Shown here piece by piece: positions 37,308 through 47,796 of a stretch of DNA of 64,000 nt. Within the stretch, counting starts at the first letter, position 1; each line of letters opens with the position of its first letter. The notes beneath the pieces were generated by a model. The model was given only the letters and a program-made list of their open reading frames with translations. It had not been told where the DNA came from and ran no database searches. The stretch covers positions 25,974 through 89,973 of the forward strand of contig JAOQAD010000002.1 in the NCBI GenBank assembly GCA_025963775.1, read 5' to 3'. Origin of the DNA: Bacteroidota bacterium (GTDB lineage Bacteria > Bacteroidota > Bacteroidia > 2-12-FULL-35-15). The translations under genes were made by a program, and so were the position numbers.

Positions 37308-38744
37308 ATGGCCTTAATCAAATCAATATCAGGCATCAGGGGAACGATCGGCGGGAAACCCGGGGAAGGCTTAAGCCCTTTGGACGTTGTTAAATTCACA
37401 TCAGCCTATGCGGCATGGCTTTCGGCCAGGAAAGGCCCGGGCCAGAAGCTGAAAGTGGTGGTAGGAAGGGATGCACGCATTTCGGGGGAGATGGTCAACA
37501 ACCTGGTAATGGGGACCTTACAGGGAATGGGAGTGAATATCGTGGACATTGGATTGTCGACCACGCCAACCGTGGAGATAGCTGTTCCGGAAGAGCAGGC
37601 CGATGGCGGGATCATTCTCACCGCAAGCCATAATCCGAAACAATGGAATGCCTTGAAGCTGCTCAACGAAAAAGGGGAATTCATCAGCGAAAAAGACGGT
37701 GAGGACCTGTTGAAGATCGCGGAAAGCGAAGGATATACCTTTGCAGATGTGAATTCACTGGGAAAGATTACGAAAAACGACACGTATTTTCAAAAGCATA
37801 TCGACAAGATCCTTGCGCTGAAGCTGGTGGATGTACCTGCTATTAAAGCGGCGAAGTTCAAAGTGGTGATCGACTGTGTGAACTCAACCGGGGGCATCGT
37901 GCTTCCGCAATTGCTGGCTGCACTGGGTGTGGACAACGTAGTGAAATTATACTGCGAGCCTACCGGCGAATTTCCTCATAACCCGGAACCATTGCCTGAG
38001 AACCTGAGGGATATTTCAAAGGCCGTTGTAAAGGAAAAAGCACATGTAGGAATTGTGGTGGATCCCGATGTGGACCGCCTGGCGCTTGTATGTGAGGACG
38101 GGGAAATGTTCGGGGAAGAATACACGCTGGTTGCCGTTGCAGAATATGTTTTGAACAAACGCACGCCGGCAGAGAAAGCTGCGGGTAAAAAGGGTGCTAC
38201 CGTTTCTAACCTGTCATCAACCCGTGCCTTGCGCGATGTGACCGAGAAGCATGGCGGAACTTATCATGCATCGGCAGTAGGCGAAGTGAACGTGGTGAAG
38301 ATGATGAAGGAAACAAAGGCGATCATTGGCGGAGAAGGCAACGGTGGGATCATCCTTCCTGAATTGCATTACGGCCGCGATGCACTTGTTGGGATCGCGA
38401 TATTTTTGTCGCACCTGGCCAAATACGGAAAGACCTGCTCAATGCTGCGCTCCACGTATCCCGATTATCACATTTCCAAGAACAAGATCGAACTTACGGC
38501 GGAGATCAGCGTGGACAGAATTTTAGAAGGTGTTCAGCAGAAATATAAAAAGCAGCCGATCAACCTGGTGGATGGTGTAAAGATCGAATTCGACAAGGAA
38601 TGGGTGCATCTGCGCAAATCCAATACAGAACCGATCATCCGCATTTATTCGGAAAGTGAAAGCGAAACCACTGCGGATAACCTTGCCAAAAAGATCATGG
38701 CAGACATCCGTGAATTGATAAAAATGCAGCAAATTGCAGTTTGA
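37308..38744 (+). CDS. glmM: Phosphoglucosamine mutase
   Basis: SISGIRG, TASHNP, DPDVDR, GEGNGG, RKSNTEP. Confidence 0.9.
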   Translation: MALIKSISGIRGTIGGKPGEGLSPLDVVKFTSAYAAWLSARKGPGQKLKVVVGRDARISGEMVNNLVMGTLQGMGVNIVDIGLSTTPTVEIAVPEEQADGGIILTASHNPKQWNALKLLNEKGEFISEKDGEDLLKIAESEGYTFADVNSLGKITKNDTYFQKHIDKILALKLVDVPAIKAAKFKVVIDCVNSTGGIVLPQLLAALGVDNVVKLYCEPTGEFPHNPEPLPENLRDISKAVVKEKAHVGIVVDPDVDRLALVCEDGEMFGEEYTLVAVAEYVLNKRTPAEKAAGKKGATVSNLSSTRALRDVTEKHGGTYHASAVGEVNVVKMMKETKAIIGGEGNGGIILPELHYGRDALVGIAIFLSHLAKYGKTCSMLRSTYPDYHISKNKIELTAEISVDRILEGVQQKYKKQPINLVDGVKIEFDKEWVHLRKSNTEPIIRIYSESESETTADNLAKKIMADIRELIKMQQIAV

Positions 38745-38803
38745 TGATTTTACAGGGATTTATAATTTCGCAATAGATCTGTACCATTTAAGATTAGAAA
38801 AGC

Positions 38804-39949
38804 ATGAAAATTTATTTAGACAACGCAGCAACCACCGCCCTCGACAAAGAAGTGTTAGAGGCGATGCTTCCATACATGACCGAGCATTTCGGCAATCCTT
38901 CCTCCACACATGGCTTCGGGCGTAAAACCCGTGCGGCCATTGAAGGCGCCCGCAAGTCGGTGGCAAAATCGCTGAACGTTTCTCCTTCCGAAATATTCTT
39001 TACTTCCGGGGGCACCGAAGCCGATAACCAGGCCATCCGCTGCAGCGTGCATGACATGGGCATCAAGCATGCGATCACCACGCGCATTGAGCATCATGCC
39101 GTGCTGCATACACTGGAAGCGCTGGCAGATGCAGGCACCATAAAGCTGAGCTTTGTGAACCTTACTCCGAACGGACATGTGGATTTAAAACATCTCGATC
39201 AATTACTAAGTGAGAATGAGCGTACGCTGGTGTCGCTGATGCATGCGAACAACGAGATCGGGAACCTGCTGCCATTGAAGGAAGTAGGGGAGATCTGTGA
39301 AAAACACAATGCGGTGTTCCATTCGGATACCGTGCAGACCATGGGACATTACCAGATGGACCTGCAGAAAGTGAAAGTGCATTTCATTACCTGCGCTGCC
39401 CATAAATTCCACGGGCCAAAAGGCGTTGGATTTTTATACGTGAACGGAAATGTGACGATCAACCCGCTGATCTACGGCGGCTCACAGGAGCGCAACATGC
39501 GTGGCGGTACAGAGAACCTGTACGGCATCATTGGCCTTGCCAAAGCGCTGGAGATCGCCAACCGCGACCTGGAGCAGCATCAGAAACACATTATGGAGCT
39601 GAAAAAATACATGGTGGAGCAGCTGAAAGAAGCCATTCCCGGCGTTGAGTTCAACGGCTCCTGCCTCGATAATTGCCTGTACACTGTTTTAAGCGTCCGC
39701 TTTCCCAAAACCGATAACGCCGAAATGCTGCTATTCAACCTTGATATTGCAGGAATTGCAGCCTCCGGCGGAAGCGCATGCACCAGCGGCAGCGAGCAGG
39801 GATCGCACGTGCTGAGAGGCATTGGCGCTGATGTGACCTGTCCCTCGGTCCGTTTTTCTTTCTGCAAGCACAATACAAAAGAGGAGATCGATTATACGGT
39901 TTCGAAGCTGAAGGATTTGTTTGCCGTGAAGGAGATGGTGAGTAAGTAA
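38804..39949 (+). CDS. iscS: Cysteine desulfurase (IscS/NifS type)
   Basis: YLDNAATT, TSGGTE, AHKFHGPKG, SGGSAC. Confidence 0.93.
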   Translation: MKIYLDNAATTALDKEVLEAMLPYMTEHFGNPSSTHGFGRKTRAAIEGARKSVAKSLNVSPSEIFFTSGGTEADNQAIRCSVHDMGIKHAITTRIEHHAVLHTLEALADAGTIKLSFVNLTPNGHVDLKHLDQLLSENERTLVSLMHANNEIGNLLPLKEVGEICEKHNAVFHSDTVQTMGHYQMDLQKVKVHFITCAAHKFHGPKGVGFLYVNGNVTINPLIYGGSQERNMRGGTENLYGIIGLAKALEIANRDLEQHQKHIMELKKYMVEQLKEAIPGVEFNGSCLDNCLYTVLSVRFPKTDNAEMLLFNLDIAGIAASGGSACTSGSEQGSHVLRGIGADVTCPSVRFSFCKHNTKEEIDYTVSKLKDLFAVKEMVSK

Positions 39950-39953
39950 TACT

Positions 39954-40047
39954 TGTCATTCTGAACGTAGCGCAGCGTAGTGAAGAATCTTCTTTCGGTG
40001 ATCGGGGTGTGAATGGTGAAGATCCATTCGCTCCGCTCAGGATGACA
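39954..40047. repeat. REP-like doublet between convergent genes
   Basis: TGTCATTCTGAACGTAGCGCAGCGTAGTGAAGAATCT ... AGATCCATTCGCTCCGCTCAGGATGACA. Confidence 0.85.
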
Positions 40048-40075
40048 AAACGTGATGGCTTTGCCGGAACAATTG

Positions 40076-41320
40076 CTACATCGGCAGCACCTGCTCAAAT
40101 TTCAATTCGAACTTCGTCCCGTTATTCACGCTGAATTTAAAATCCCCGTCGAGCTGCTCCGAGAGCGACTGAATCACCACCATACCTAAGGATTCACCTT
40201 CCTTGTAATCCGTTTTCAATCCCACGCCATTATCTTTTACAATCAGGCGGAGCATGTTCCCGATGCTGGTGAATTCAATGTCGATCACACCGTTCGTGCG
40301 GCCTTCAAAGGCATACTTGTAACAATTGGTCAGCAGCTCATTTAATATCAATCCGCAGGGAATGGCTGTATTTACATTCAGCTGGATGTTGCTGATGTGC
40401 GTATTTACGATCACTGAATTGGAAACGGTAGGATAGGAGTACTGAATTTCATCGATCAGCTCTTTCGTATATTTCGCAAAATCAACATCCGTCATGTTAT
40501 CGCTTTTGTAAAGCCGGTCGTGGATCAGCGCCATCGACTTTACGCGGTTCTTGCTTTCGAGCAGGATGTTCCTTGCATCCTCATTTTCCACCGTGCTGAT
40601 CTGCAGGTTGAACAGGCTTGCAATGATCGCCAGGTTGTTCTTTACGCGGTGATGGATCTCCGCCAGTAAAATATCCTTTTCCGACAAGGCATGCTTGATG
40701 GCCTGTTCCGTGGCTTTGCGCTCATTGAGGCGCTGCTCGAACACTTTGCTTTCGCGGATGTTGTTGGAAATGGTGAGGTACATGAAAAAGCCGATGGCGG
40801 CAGAGCTGCACATGAGGTTGAAAAAGAACATCTGGTAGCGCGCTTCATCGGTGAGCACCGGGGATGCGAACAGCCTGTAATGCGTAGAGAGATTGATAAG
40901 AAGAAAGGTAAGCGGCAATGCAAGATGAAAGGCCAGCAGCTTTTTTTCCTTGAAGTCGTGCACAAAAGCAATGGCAAGGATCAGCGGAAAATGGTACAGG
41001 AAAGTGCCCGAGAGCAGCCCGGAATACGAATCAAAAAAGAAGATGATCGTGGAAATGGTAATCAGCAGGAAAGAGGTGGCAAGGCGGTGATAGCCCGCGC
41101 TGTTCACCCAGAACACCATAAGGCACAGAAATGCATAAAACTCTATGATAATGGCCGAATACGGATCACCGAGAAAGTAATTGTTGAGGCCGCTGAAAAG
41201 GCAGATAAAAAATGTGATGAAGCAGAACTGGTTGGTCAACGCAATGCGCCTGATCAGCTTGTCGTCATAAACTGGCCTTACCCCGATAAAAGACAATGAG
41301 TTCCAGAAGCGCTTGAACAT
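40076..41320 (-). CDS. Membrane sensor histidine kinase (HisKA_2 family)
   Basis: About 6 TM segments; EIHHRVKNNL, NELLTN, DNGVG, SLG. Confidence 0.92.
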   Translation of the reverse strand: MFKRFWNSLSFIGVRPVYDDKLIRRIALTNQFCFITFFICLFSGLNNYFLGDPYSAIIIEFYAFLCLMVFWVNSAGYHRLATSFLLITISTIIFFFDSYSGLLSGTFLYHFPLILAIAFVHDFKEKKLLAFHLALPLTFLLINLSTHYRLFASPVLTDEARYQMFFFNLMCSSAAIGFFMYLTISNNIRESKVFEQRLNERKATEQAIKHALSEKDILLAEIHHRVKNNLAIIASLFNLQISTVENEDARNILLESKNRVKSMALIHDRLYKSDNMTDVDFAKYTKELIDEIQYSYPTVSNSVIVNTHISNIQLNVNTAIPCGLILNELLTNCYKYAFEGRTNGVIDIEFTSIGNMLRLIVKDNGVGLKTDYKEGESLGMVVIQSLSEQLDGDFKFSVNNGTKFELKFEQVLPM

Positions 41321-41444
41321 AAATGCAGGTTAGAAAGTTTAAACTTAATAATTTTTTCAGAAGGGCATCATTTTTTTTCCAAAACAATTAGTTATTAAGC
41401 CCGACGACATTTATATTTACCCTATCAATAAATCATTGCGAAAA

Positions 41445-42206
41445 ATGCAGGTTACATTCTTAGGTACAGGAACATCACAAGGCATTCCCATCATTGCCTG
41501 TCCCTGCGAAGTGTGCAACTCGCATAACCCGAAGGATAACCGCCTGCGCTCTTCCGTGATGATCACCGAGCAGGGAAAGAATTTTGTGATCGATACCGGC
41601 CCTGACTTTCGCCAGCAGATGCTGCGGGAAAATGTGAAGACGATGGAAGCGGTACTTTTTACGCATGAGCACAAGGACCATACAGCCGGTTTTGATGACA
41701 TCCGCGCTTTTAATTTTATCCTGAAAAAAAAAATGGATGTGTATGCCTCGCAGCGTGTGCAGGATGCCATCCGCCGGGAATTCGCCTATATTTTCAGCGA
41801 TTTCAAATATCCCGGCATTCCTGAAGTGGAGATGCATCTGATCGGCAATGAGCCTTTCCGCATTGCAGGCCTTGAGTTTATCCCGATCGACGTGATGCAT
41901 TACAAGCTGCCTGTTGTCGGTTTCCGTTGCGGGGATTTTACCTACATTACCGATGCGAATTTTATTTCCGGTAAGGAAAAAGAAAAGATCAGGAACTCGA
42001 AAGTGCTTGTATTGAATGCACTCCGGAGGGAAGAGCATATTTCTCATTTTACATTGCAGCAGGCCATTGAGCTGGTGGAGGAGCTGAAGCCGGAAATGGC
42101 GTATTTCACGCACATCAGCCACCAGCTTGGATTGCATGCCGAAGTGGAGAAGGAGCTGCCTGGTAATATCCGCCTGGCTTATGATGGATTGAAGATAGAA
42201 ATCTAA
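41445..42206 (+). CDS. PhnP-like metallo-beta-lactamase-fold hydrolase
   Basis: LGTGTS, C.C..C, THEHKDH, TD, HISH, AYDG. Confidence 0.92.
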   Translation: MQVTFLGTGTSQGIPIIACPCEVCNSHNPKDNRLRSSVMITEQGKNFVIDTGPDFRQQMLRENVKTMEAVLFTHEHKDHTAGFDDIRAFNFILKKKMDVYASQRVQDAIRREFAYIFSDFKYPGIPEVEMHLIGNEPFRIAGLEFIPIDVMHYKLPVVGFRCGDFTYITDANFISGKEKEKIRNSKVLVLNALRREEHISHFTLQQAIELVEELKPEMAYFTHISHQLGLHAEVEKELPGNIRLAYDGLKIEI

Positions 42207-43073
42207 ATGACGACACAGATCCCGATACATGACCTCGTTGAAACGGATGATACCTCCTGCAGGATCATTGCGCTGAACGTGCCTTCGGACTATTCCACCA
42301 ACGAAGCGCACCGCCACAGCTATTACGAGCTGCTGCTCTTCACCAGCGGCAGCGGAAAGCACATGATCGATTTTGATGTACATGAGATCGGGCCGCAGAG
42401 CATTCATTTTGTTGCGGCCGGACAGGTGCACGCACTTAAGCGCAGCATGGACACCAAAGGCTACGTGATCGCCTTCTCCAAAGAGTTCATGTTCCTGAAC
42501 TCCACCGATACCAATGTGCTGAACGATTTTCCCGCATTCAATAAAACCGCGCATCCCGTACTTCCCCTTCCGGGAAGCTTGTTCCCGGAGCTGCAGGCGC
42601 TGGTGAAAAGCATGGAGGCAGAATTCAGCGGCAGCAATCCTTTTCGTGATAAAATGCTGGGCGCTTTTATTTCTATCCTTCTCCTGAAATGCAGGAGCCA
42701 CATGCAAAGCAGCGCAGGCGGAAAAGCAGATGCCAATACACAGCAACTGCTTCTAAGGTTCAATGCCCTGCTCGAAGAGAAATTTATCACACTGCACAAG
42801 GTGAATGAGTATGCCGAGCTGATGAACGTTTCAGCCAACCACCTGAGCGAAAGCATCAAGAAGCTCACCGGTAAAACGGCAGGGGAGCAGATCCAGGACA
42901 GGCTGGTGCTTGAAGCGAAGCGCCTGTTGCTGCATTCAGCCATCACCGCAAAAGAGATCGCCTATCATCTCAATTTCAGCGATCCCTCTTATTTCAGCCG
43001 TTTTTTCAAAACAAATACGGGCATGGCACCCGAGGAATTCAGAAAGCAGAGCCGCGAAAAGTACCAGCAATAA
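42207..43073 (+). CDS. AraC-family regulator with cupin sensor domain
   Basis: HRHSYYE...H.IDF; C-terminal KEIAY.L.F.DPSYFSRFFK..G. Confidence 0.93.
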   Translation: MTTQIPIHDLVETDDTSCRIIALNVPSDYSTNEAHRHSYYELLLFTSGSGKHMIDFDVHEIGPQSIHFVAAGQVHALKRSMDTKGYVIAFSKEFMFLNSTDTNVLNDFPAFNKTAHPVLPLPGSLFPELQALVKSMEAEFSGSNPFRDKMLGAFISILLLKCRSHMQSSAGGKADANTQQLLLRFNALLEEKFITLHKVNEYAELMNVSANHLSESIKKLTGKTAGEQIQDRLVLEAKRLLLHSAITAKEIAYHLNFSDPSYFSRFFKTNTGMAPEEFRKQSREKYQQ

Positions 43074-43116
43074 CGTGATTTGTAATTGCTGCTAAAGGAA
43101 TTTAACTGTACTTTTG
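43061..43116 (+). promoter_or_regulatory. Putative AraC half-sites plus -7 box
   Basis: GTACCA (43061) and GTAATT (43082) are 21 bp apart; TACTTTTG at 43109-43116. Confidence 0.45.
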
Positions 43117-43135
43117 GCCTATAAATTTCTCTAAA

Positions 43136-43972
43136 ATGAAAAAAACTACACGATTTGTTTTATCAATCTTTGCGGTGACGGCAGGATTAATTGCCACTGA
43201 TGCGCTCACAACGAATGTCCACGGTGATTCAGCAGGAGCGCCTGCTTCACGCACGGGATCTCCTGCAGACGGCGCCAACTGCACCGCCTGCCACACAGGA
43301 ACCGCGGCGACTACTCTGGCGGGACTGATCACATCCACTATTCCTGCTACAGGATATGTTCCCGGGCAAACATACACTGTTACAGCAAGCATTACACAGG
43401 TGGGGAAAACAAAATTCGGCTTCGAAATTTCCCCGCAAACTACAACCGGTGTGAAAAAAGGAACACTGGTCGTGACGAACGCTACCGCCACAAAACTTGT
43501 CGGCAGCGGAAAATACATTACCCATAAATCAACGGGAACGGCATTCTCATCCGGCACTGCAACATGGACATTCGACTGGACTGCACCTGCTGCGGGCAGC
43601 GGCAGCTTCACGTTTTACGGCGCTTTCAATATTACCAACAGCAGCAATACCAACAGCGGGGATATTATCAAACTTTCTACGCTGGCAGTTACTGAAGACC
43701 TTTCTACAGGAATTGCTGATAAGCTTTCGCTGGATAACCAGATCAACGTATTTCCGAACCCGGTGGAGGACAGGCTGAACATCAGCAGCACTTCTGCAGA
43801 CATTACAGAGGCTACTGTTAGCATCATCAATGTACAGGGACAACTGGTGAGAATGGTGGATCATTTCCAGCTCAACTCATACATCGGTGTGGAGGAGCTG
43901 CCAAAAGGCTTTTACATCCTGAAAGTTGAAACGGAGCAGGGAATTGCAGTGAAGAAGATTTTGAAGCGGTAG
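43136..43972 (+). CDS. T9SS-secreted protein with CxxCH and Reeler-like (choice-of-anchor V-like) domain
   Basis: Signal peptide; TGSP...CTACH; GYVPGQTY; WTFDWTAP; type-A CTD VFPNP...GQLV...LPKGFYIL...KKILK. Confidence 0.85.
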   Translation: MKKTTRFVLSIFAVTAGLIATDALTTNVHGDSAGAPASRTGSPADGANCTACHTGTAATTLAGLITSTIPATGYVPGQTYTVTASITQVGKTKFGFEISPQTTTGVKKGTLVVTNATATKLVGSGKYITHKSTGTAFSSGTATWTFDWTAPAAGSGSFTFYGAFNITNSSNTNSGDIIKLSTLAVTEDLSTGIADKLSLDNQINVFPNPVEDRLNISSTSADITEATVSIINVQGQLVRMVDHFQLNSYIGVEELPKGFYILKVETEQGIAVKKILKR

Positions 43973-43976
43973 TGTG

Positions 43977-44054
43977 TGTCAGTGCCCTTCCGGCGAAAGT
44001 ATCGAGAACAGGCCTACTTCTCGATACTCTCCCTTCAGTCGAACTCGAAGTGAC
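43977..44054. repeat. GTCA-type REP-like doublet (degenerate)
   Basis: TGTCAG...AGTATCGAGAA facing TTCTCGATACT...CTCGAAGTGAC. Confidence 0.6.
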
Positions 44055-44089
44055 TTTAAAAATCAGAATAAGCGAAACAAAAATGCGGA

Positions 44090-44944
44090 TCAACAATCCG
44101 CATTTTTTATTTTCTGAACAAGCGTCAGCACTTCTTTTGCTTCTTTAACATCGTGCACGCGGATGATTTTTGCTCCTTTCTGCAGCGCGATCGTATTTAA
44201 AACTGTTGTTCCGTTAAGTGCATCTTTCGATTTGATATTCAGAATCTTATTAACAATTGATTTCCGGGAAATGCCGACCAGCAGCGGCGCATTTAATTCA
44301 CTGAATTTTTCGAGGTTCCGGAACAGCTCCAGATTGTGCTCCGTTGTTTTTCCGAAGCCGAATCCCGGATCGAGGATCACTTTTTTAAGGCCGAGGCTGT
44401 TCAGCTGCTTCAGCCTTGCTTCGAGGAATTCATACACTTCTTTCACAACATCGGTGTAAACCGGCTGCTCCTGCATGTTTTGGGGTGTTCCCTGTATGTG
44501 CATGAGAATGTACGGCACATTCAGCCGGGCAGCGGTTTCAAACATCCTGTCATCCAGCGTGCCGCCCGAAATATCGTTGATGATGTCCGCACCGCAATCC
44601 ACCGCCTTTTCAGCGATTGCAGCACGGAAGGTATCCACGGAGATCAGGCTTTCGGGATAATGCTTCCGGAGGGAAGACACCACTTTGAGCAGCCGCGCGG
44701 ATTCCTCCGCTTCACTGATATGCTCAGCCCCGGGCCGGGTAGAGCAGGCGCCAACATCAATTATATCTGCTCCTTCCTCCAGCATTTTCCCCGCATGCTC
44801 CAGCCACTGGCTCTCCTGCGTGTATTTTCCGCCGTCGAAAAAAGAGTCCGGCGTTACATTTAAAATACCCATTATCATCGGGTTAGGCTTTTGGTCAAAA
44901 ATCCGCTCTGTTTTCAGAGAAAAAAATGTATCTTGTGCGCTCAT
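44090..44944 (-). CDS. folP: Dihydropteroate synthase
   Basis: MGILNVTPDSF, STRPGA, INDISG, DPGFGFGK, SRKS, RVHDV; start moved to MSAQDT. Confidence 0.96.
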   Translation of the reverse strand: MSAQDTFFSLKTERIFDQKPNPMIMGILNVTPDSFFDGGKYTQESQWLEHAGKMLEEGADIIDVGACSTRPGAEHISEAEESARLLKVVSSLRKHYPESLISVDTFRAAIAEKAVDCGADIINDISGGTLDDRMFETAARLNVPYILMHIQGTPQNMQEQPVYTDVVKEVYEFLEARLKQLNSLGLKKVILDPGFGFGKTTEHNLELFRNLEKFSELNAPLLVGISRKSIVNKILNIKSKDALNGTTVLNTIALQKGAKIIRVHDVKEAKEVLTLVQKIKNADC

Positions 44945-45038
44945 TAATGAGATTTGTTGATTTATTGAAATAGAGAATTGTTGAATTGAATGGCTAAATC
45001 CCAAATTCTCCAGATCTCCACTTCTCTGATTTTTTATT

Positions 45039-45575
45039 ATGAATAAGACATCTACGCAATACGATACGGCAATAAATTCCTGCAAAGATATTTTTATTAA
45101 AAAAATGAAAGATTACGGAACTGCCTGGCGTGTGCTGCGCACCAGTTCCATTACCGATCAGATCTTCATCAAGGCACAGCGTATCCGCAACATCGAGGAT
45201 AAAGGTACTCAAAAAATCATCGACGATATCCGTTCCGAATACATCGGCATCATCAATTACTCCATCATTGGCCTTATCCAGCTTGCATTGAAGAACGACA
45301 GCCGCATGGAGCTTCCTGCGGATGAAGTGAGCAAGCTGTTCGACAAGCATTCCGATGAAGCAAAAAGCCTGATGGAGAACAAAAATCACGATTACGGCGA
45401 AGCATGGCGCGACATGAGGGTAAGCTCGCTCACCGACCTGATCCTGATGAAGATCCTGCGCATCAAGCAGATCGAGGATAACAAAGGCGAAACCATTATC
45501 TCGGAAGGGATCGATGCCAATTTCCACGACATGATCAATTATTCCGTGTTTGCACTGATAAAACTAAGCGAATAA
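45039..45575 (+). CDS. DUF1599 (nucleotide-modification-associated) duplicated-domain protein
   Basis: Two copies of K..DYG.AWR..R.SS.TD.I..K..RI. Confidence 0.85.
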   Translation: MNKTSTQYDTAINSCKDIFIKKMKDYGTAWRVLRTSSITDQIFIKAQRIRNIEDKGTQKIIDDIRSEYIGIINYSIIGLIQLALKNDSRMELPADEVSKLFDKHSDEAKSLMENKNHDYGEAWRDMRVSSLTDLILMKILRIKQIEDNKGETIISEGIDANFHDMINYSVFALIKLSE

Positions 45576-45577
45576 AC

Positions 45578-46690
45578 ATGAAGATCATAACTGCCTTTTG
45601 CCGTATTGTAGTCGGATTGCTGTTCATCTTTTCCGGCTTTATCAAAGCCAATGATACACTCGGCTTTTCCTACAAGCTGGTGGAATATTTCGAAGTGTTC
45701 CATGCCAATTTCATGGTGCCGGCTGCTCTTCCGCTGGCTATTTTCATCTGCATCTTTGAGATCATCCTCGGCTTTACGCTGCTGATGGGCGCAAGAAGAA
45801 AGCTCACACTCTGGCTGCTCTTGCTGATGATCGTGTTCTTCACCTTCCTCACCTTCTATTCCGCATACTTCGATGTAGTGAAGGAATGCGGCTGCTTCGG
45901 CGATTTCCTGCACCTCACGCCATGGCAATCGTTCACAAAAGACCTTGTACTGCTGGTGCTGATCATAGTGCTGTTCATCGGTAAGGATTACATCAATCCC
46001 ATCTTTAACCCGCGCATGGAGAATGCGCTGCTGATCATTATCCTCGCGGTTACGACGGCATTCCCGCTGTACACGTACAATTACCTGCCGGTGATCGATT
46101 TCCGCGCTTATGCCATCGGGAAGAACATCCCGGAGCAGAGCAAAGGCGTACCGGATGAGCTGAAATATTTTTACAAGCTGAAGGACAAAAAAACAGGCGA
46201 GATCAAAGAGGTTGACAAATGGCCGGAGAACTGGGACCAGGTGTATGATTACGTTGACAGCAGGACAGAAGTCACCAAAAAAGGGATCGACCCGAAGATC
46301 AAGGATTTCACCATCACCGGTATGGACGGAGGGGATTATACGCAGGATATCGTGGAGAATCCGGACTATAACTTTCTGCTGATCGCCTACGACCTGGAAA
46401 AAGCTAACAAAGATGTGTTCGGAAAAATAAATGACTTTGCCGCATTGTGTAAAAGCGACAGTGTTACATTTGTGGTGCTGACCTCATCTACTCCGGATGC
46501 GATCGAAAAATTCAAAAAAGAGACAAACGTGAGCATCCCTTTTTATACGACAGACGGAACGGTGCTGAAGACAATGATCCGCTCAAACCCGGGACTGATG
46601 ATGCTGAAAGGCGGAACGGTGATCGACATGTGGCATTTTCATTCATTCCCCTCGTACAGCGATGTGAAGGAAAAATATTTTAAGAAGTAA
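45578..46690 (+). CDS. BT_3928-family (DoxX/MauE-like plus thioredoxin-like) membrane protein
   Basis: SGFIKAND, CGCFGD, WQSF.KD, IRSNPG. Confidence 0.85.
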   Translation: MKIITAFCRIVVGLLFIFSGFIKANDTLGFSYKLVEYFEVFHANFMVPAALPLAIFICIFEIILGFTLLMGARRKLTLWLLLLMIVFFTFLTFYSAYFDVVKECGCFGDFLHLTPWQSFTKDLVLLVLIIVLFIGKDYINPIFNPRMENALLIIILAVTTAFPLYTYNYLPVIDFRAYAIGKNIPEQSKGVPDELKYFYKLKDKKTGEIKEVDKWPENWDQVYDYVDSRTEVTKKGIDPKIKDFTITGMDGGDYTQDIVENPDYNFLLIAYDLEKANKDVFGKINDFAALCKSDSVTFVVLTSSTPDAIEKFKKETNVSIPFYTTDGTVLKTMIRSNPGLMMLKGGTVIDMWHFHSFPSYSDVKEKYFKK

Positions 46691-46693
46691 ACG

Positions 46694-47773
46694 GTGGCAA
46701 AATTTATAATCAAGCGCTTGATATACGGATTCCTGGTTTTACTGGGAGTGATCACGGTTGTCTTCCTGCTTTTTAATGTGCTTCCCGGCGATCCGGCAAG
46801 GATGATGCTCGGGCAGCGTGCCGACCAGGCTTCCATTGATGCTATCAATAAAGACCTGGGCCGCGACAAATCACTTACCACCCAGTTCATCATGTACCTG
46901 AATGACCTTTCGCCGCTTTCGGTGCACGACCCGGTGGACAAGGACCATTACCTGTACCTGAACCCGGATAAGTATTCATCCTACACCAAATTATTCCCGG
47001 TTTCCTCCACCAAGGTGCTTATCCTCAAATATCCGTACCTCCGGAGGTCGTACATCACCAAGCGGAAAGTTTCCGACATCATTAAAGACACGATGCCGGC
47101 AACGGTGGTGCTTGCCTTTTCCGCGATCACATTCGGTGCATTTTTCGGGATCCTGCTCGGGATCTGGGCTGCCATCAAAAAGAATTCCTGGTTCGACAAG
47201 AGCTCGCTCGTGTTTGCCATCTTCGGAATGGCGCTGCCATCCTTCTTTATCGGTTTGATCATCTCCTGGTTCTTCGGCTACATCCTCCGCGATTATACGG
47301 GACTCAACCACCAGGGATCGCTCTATTACATCGATGATTTCGGTGACCAGAAGCTGGTGCTGAAAAACTTATTGCTGCCAACACTTACCCTTGGTTTGCG
47401 CCCGCTTGCCATCATCATCCAGCTTACCCGCGGCTCGCTGCTCGATGTCCTGTCGCAGGATTACATCCGTACTGCCACCGCCAAAGGGCTCAGCTTCTAC
47501 AAAGTGGTGTTCAAGCATGCGCTCAAAAATGCGCTGAACCCGGTGATCACCGCCATATCCGGATGGTTTGCAGGCCTCATGGCTGGCGCCGTTTTTGTGG
47601 AAAGGGTATTTAACTGGCGCGGGATCGGGAATGAAGTGGTGGATGCCCTCGAGAAAAATGACCTTCCGGTTGTAATGGGCGCCACGCTTGTATTTGCCGT
47701 AGTATTCGTTTTTATCAACATCACTGTTGACATTGTGTATGGCATCCTGGATCCGCGCGTGAGGGTGCAATAA
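46694..47773 (+). CDS. Peptide ABC transporter permease (DppB/OppB type)
   Basis: PGDPA, DYIRTATAKGL, HALKNA, LDPRV. Confidence 0.93.
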   Translation: MAKFIIKRLIYGFLVLLGVITVVFLLFNVLPGDPARMMLGQRADQASIDAINKDLGRDKSLTTQFIMYLNDLSPLSVHDPVDKDHYLYLNPDKYSSYTKLFPVSSTKVLILKYPYLRRSYITKRKVSDIIKDTMPATVVLAFSAITFGAFFGILLGIWAAIKKNSWFDKSSLVFAIFGMALPSFFIGLIISWFFGYILRDYTGLNHQGSLYYIDDFGDQKLVLKNLLLPTLTLGLRPLAIIIQLTRGSLLDVLSQDYIRTATAKGLSFYKVVFKHALKNALNPVITAISGWFAGLMAGAVFVERVFNWRGIGNEVVDALEKNDLPVVMGATLVFAVVFVFINITVDIVYGILDPRVRVQ

Positions 47774-47796
47774 TTTACTCCTTTTAGTATTCTTCA

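Noticed and set aside
41475-42746. 423-aa antisense ORF, and possible PhnP-AraC readthrough fusion
   Set aside because: Shadow frame of two abutting in-frame genes; TAA-ATG adjacency is ordinary translational coupling and each protein is complete
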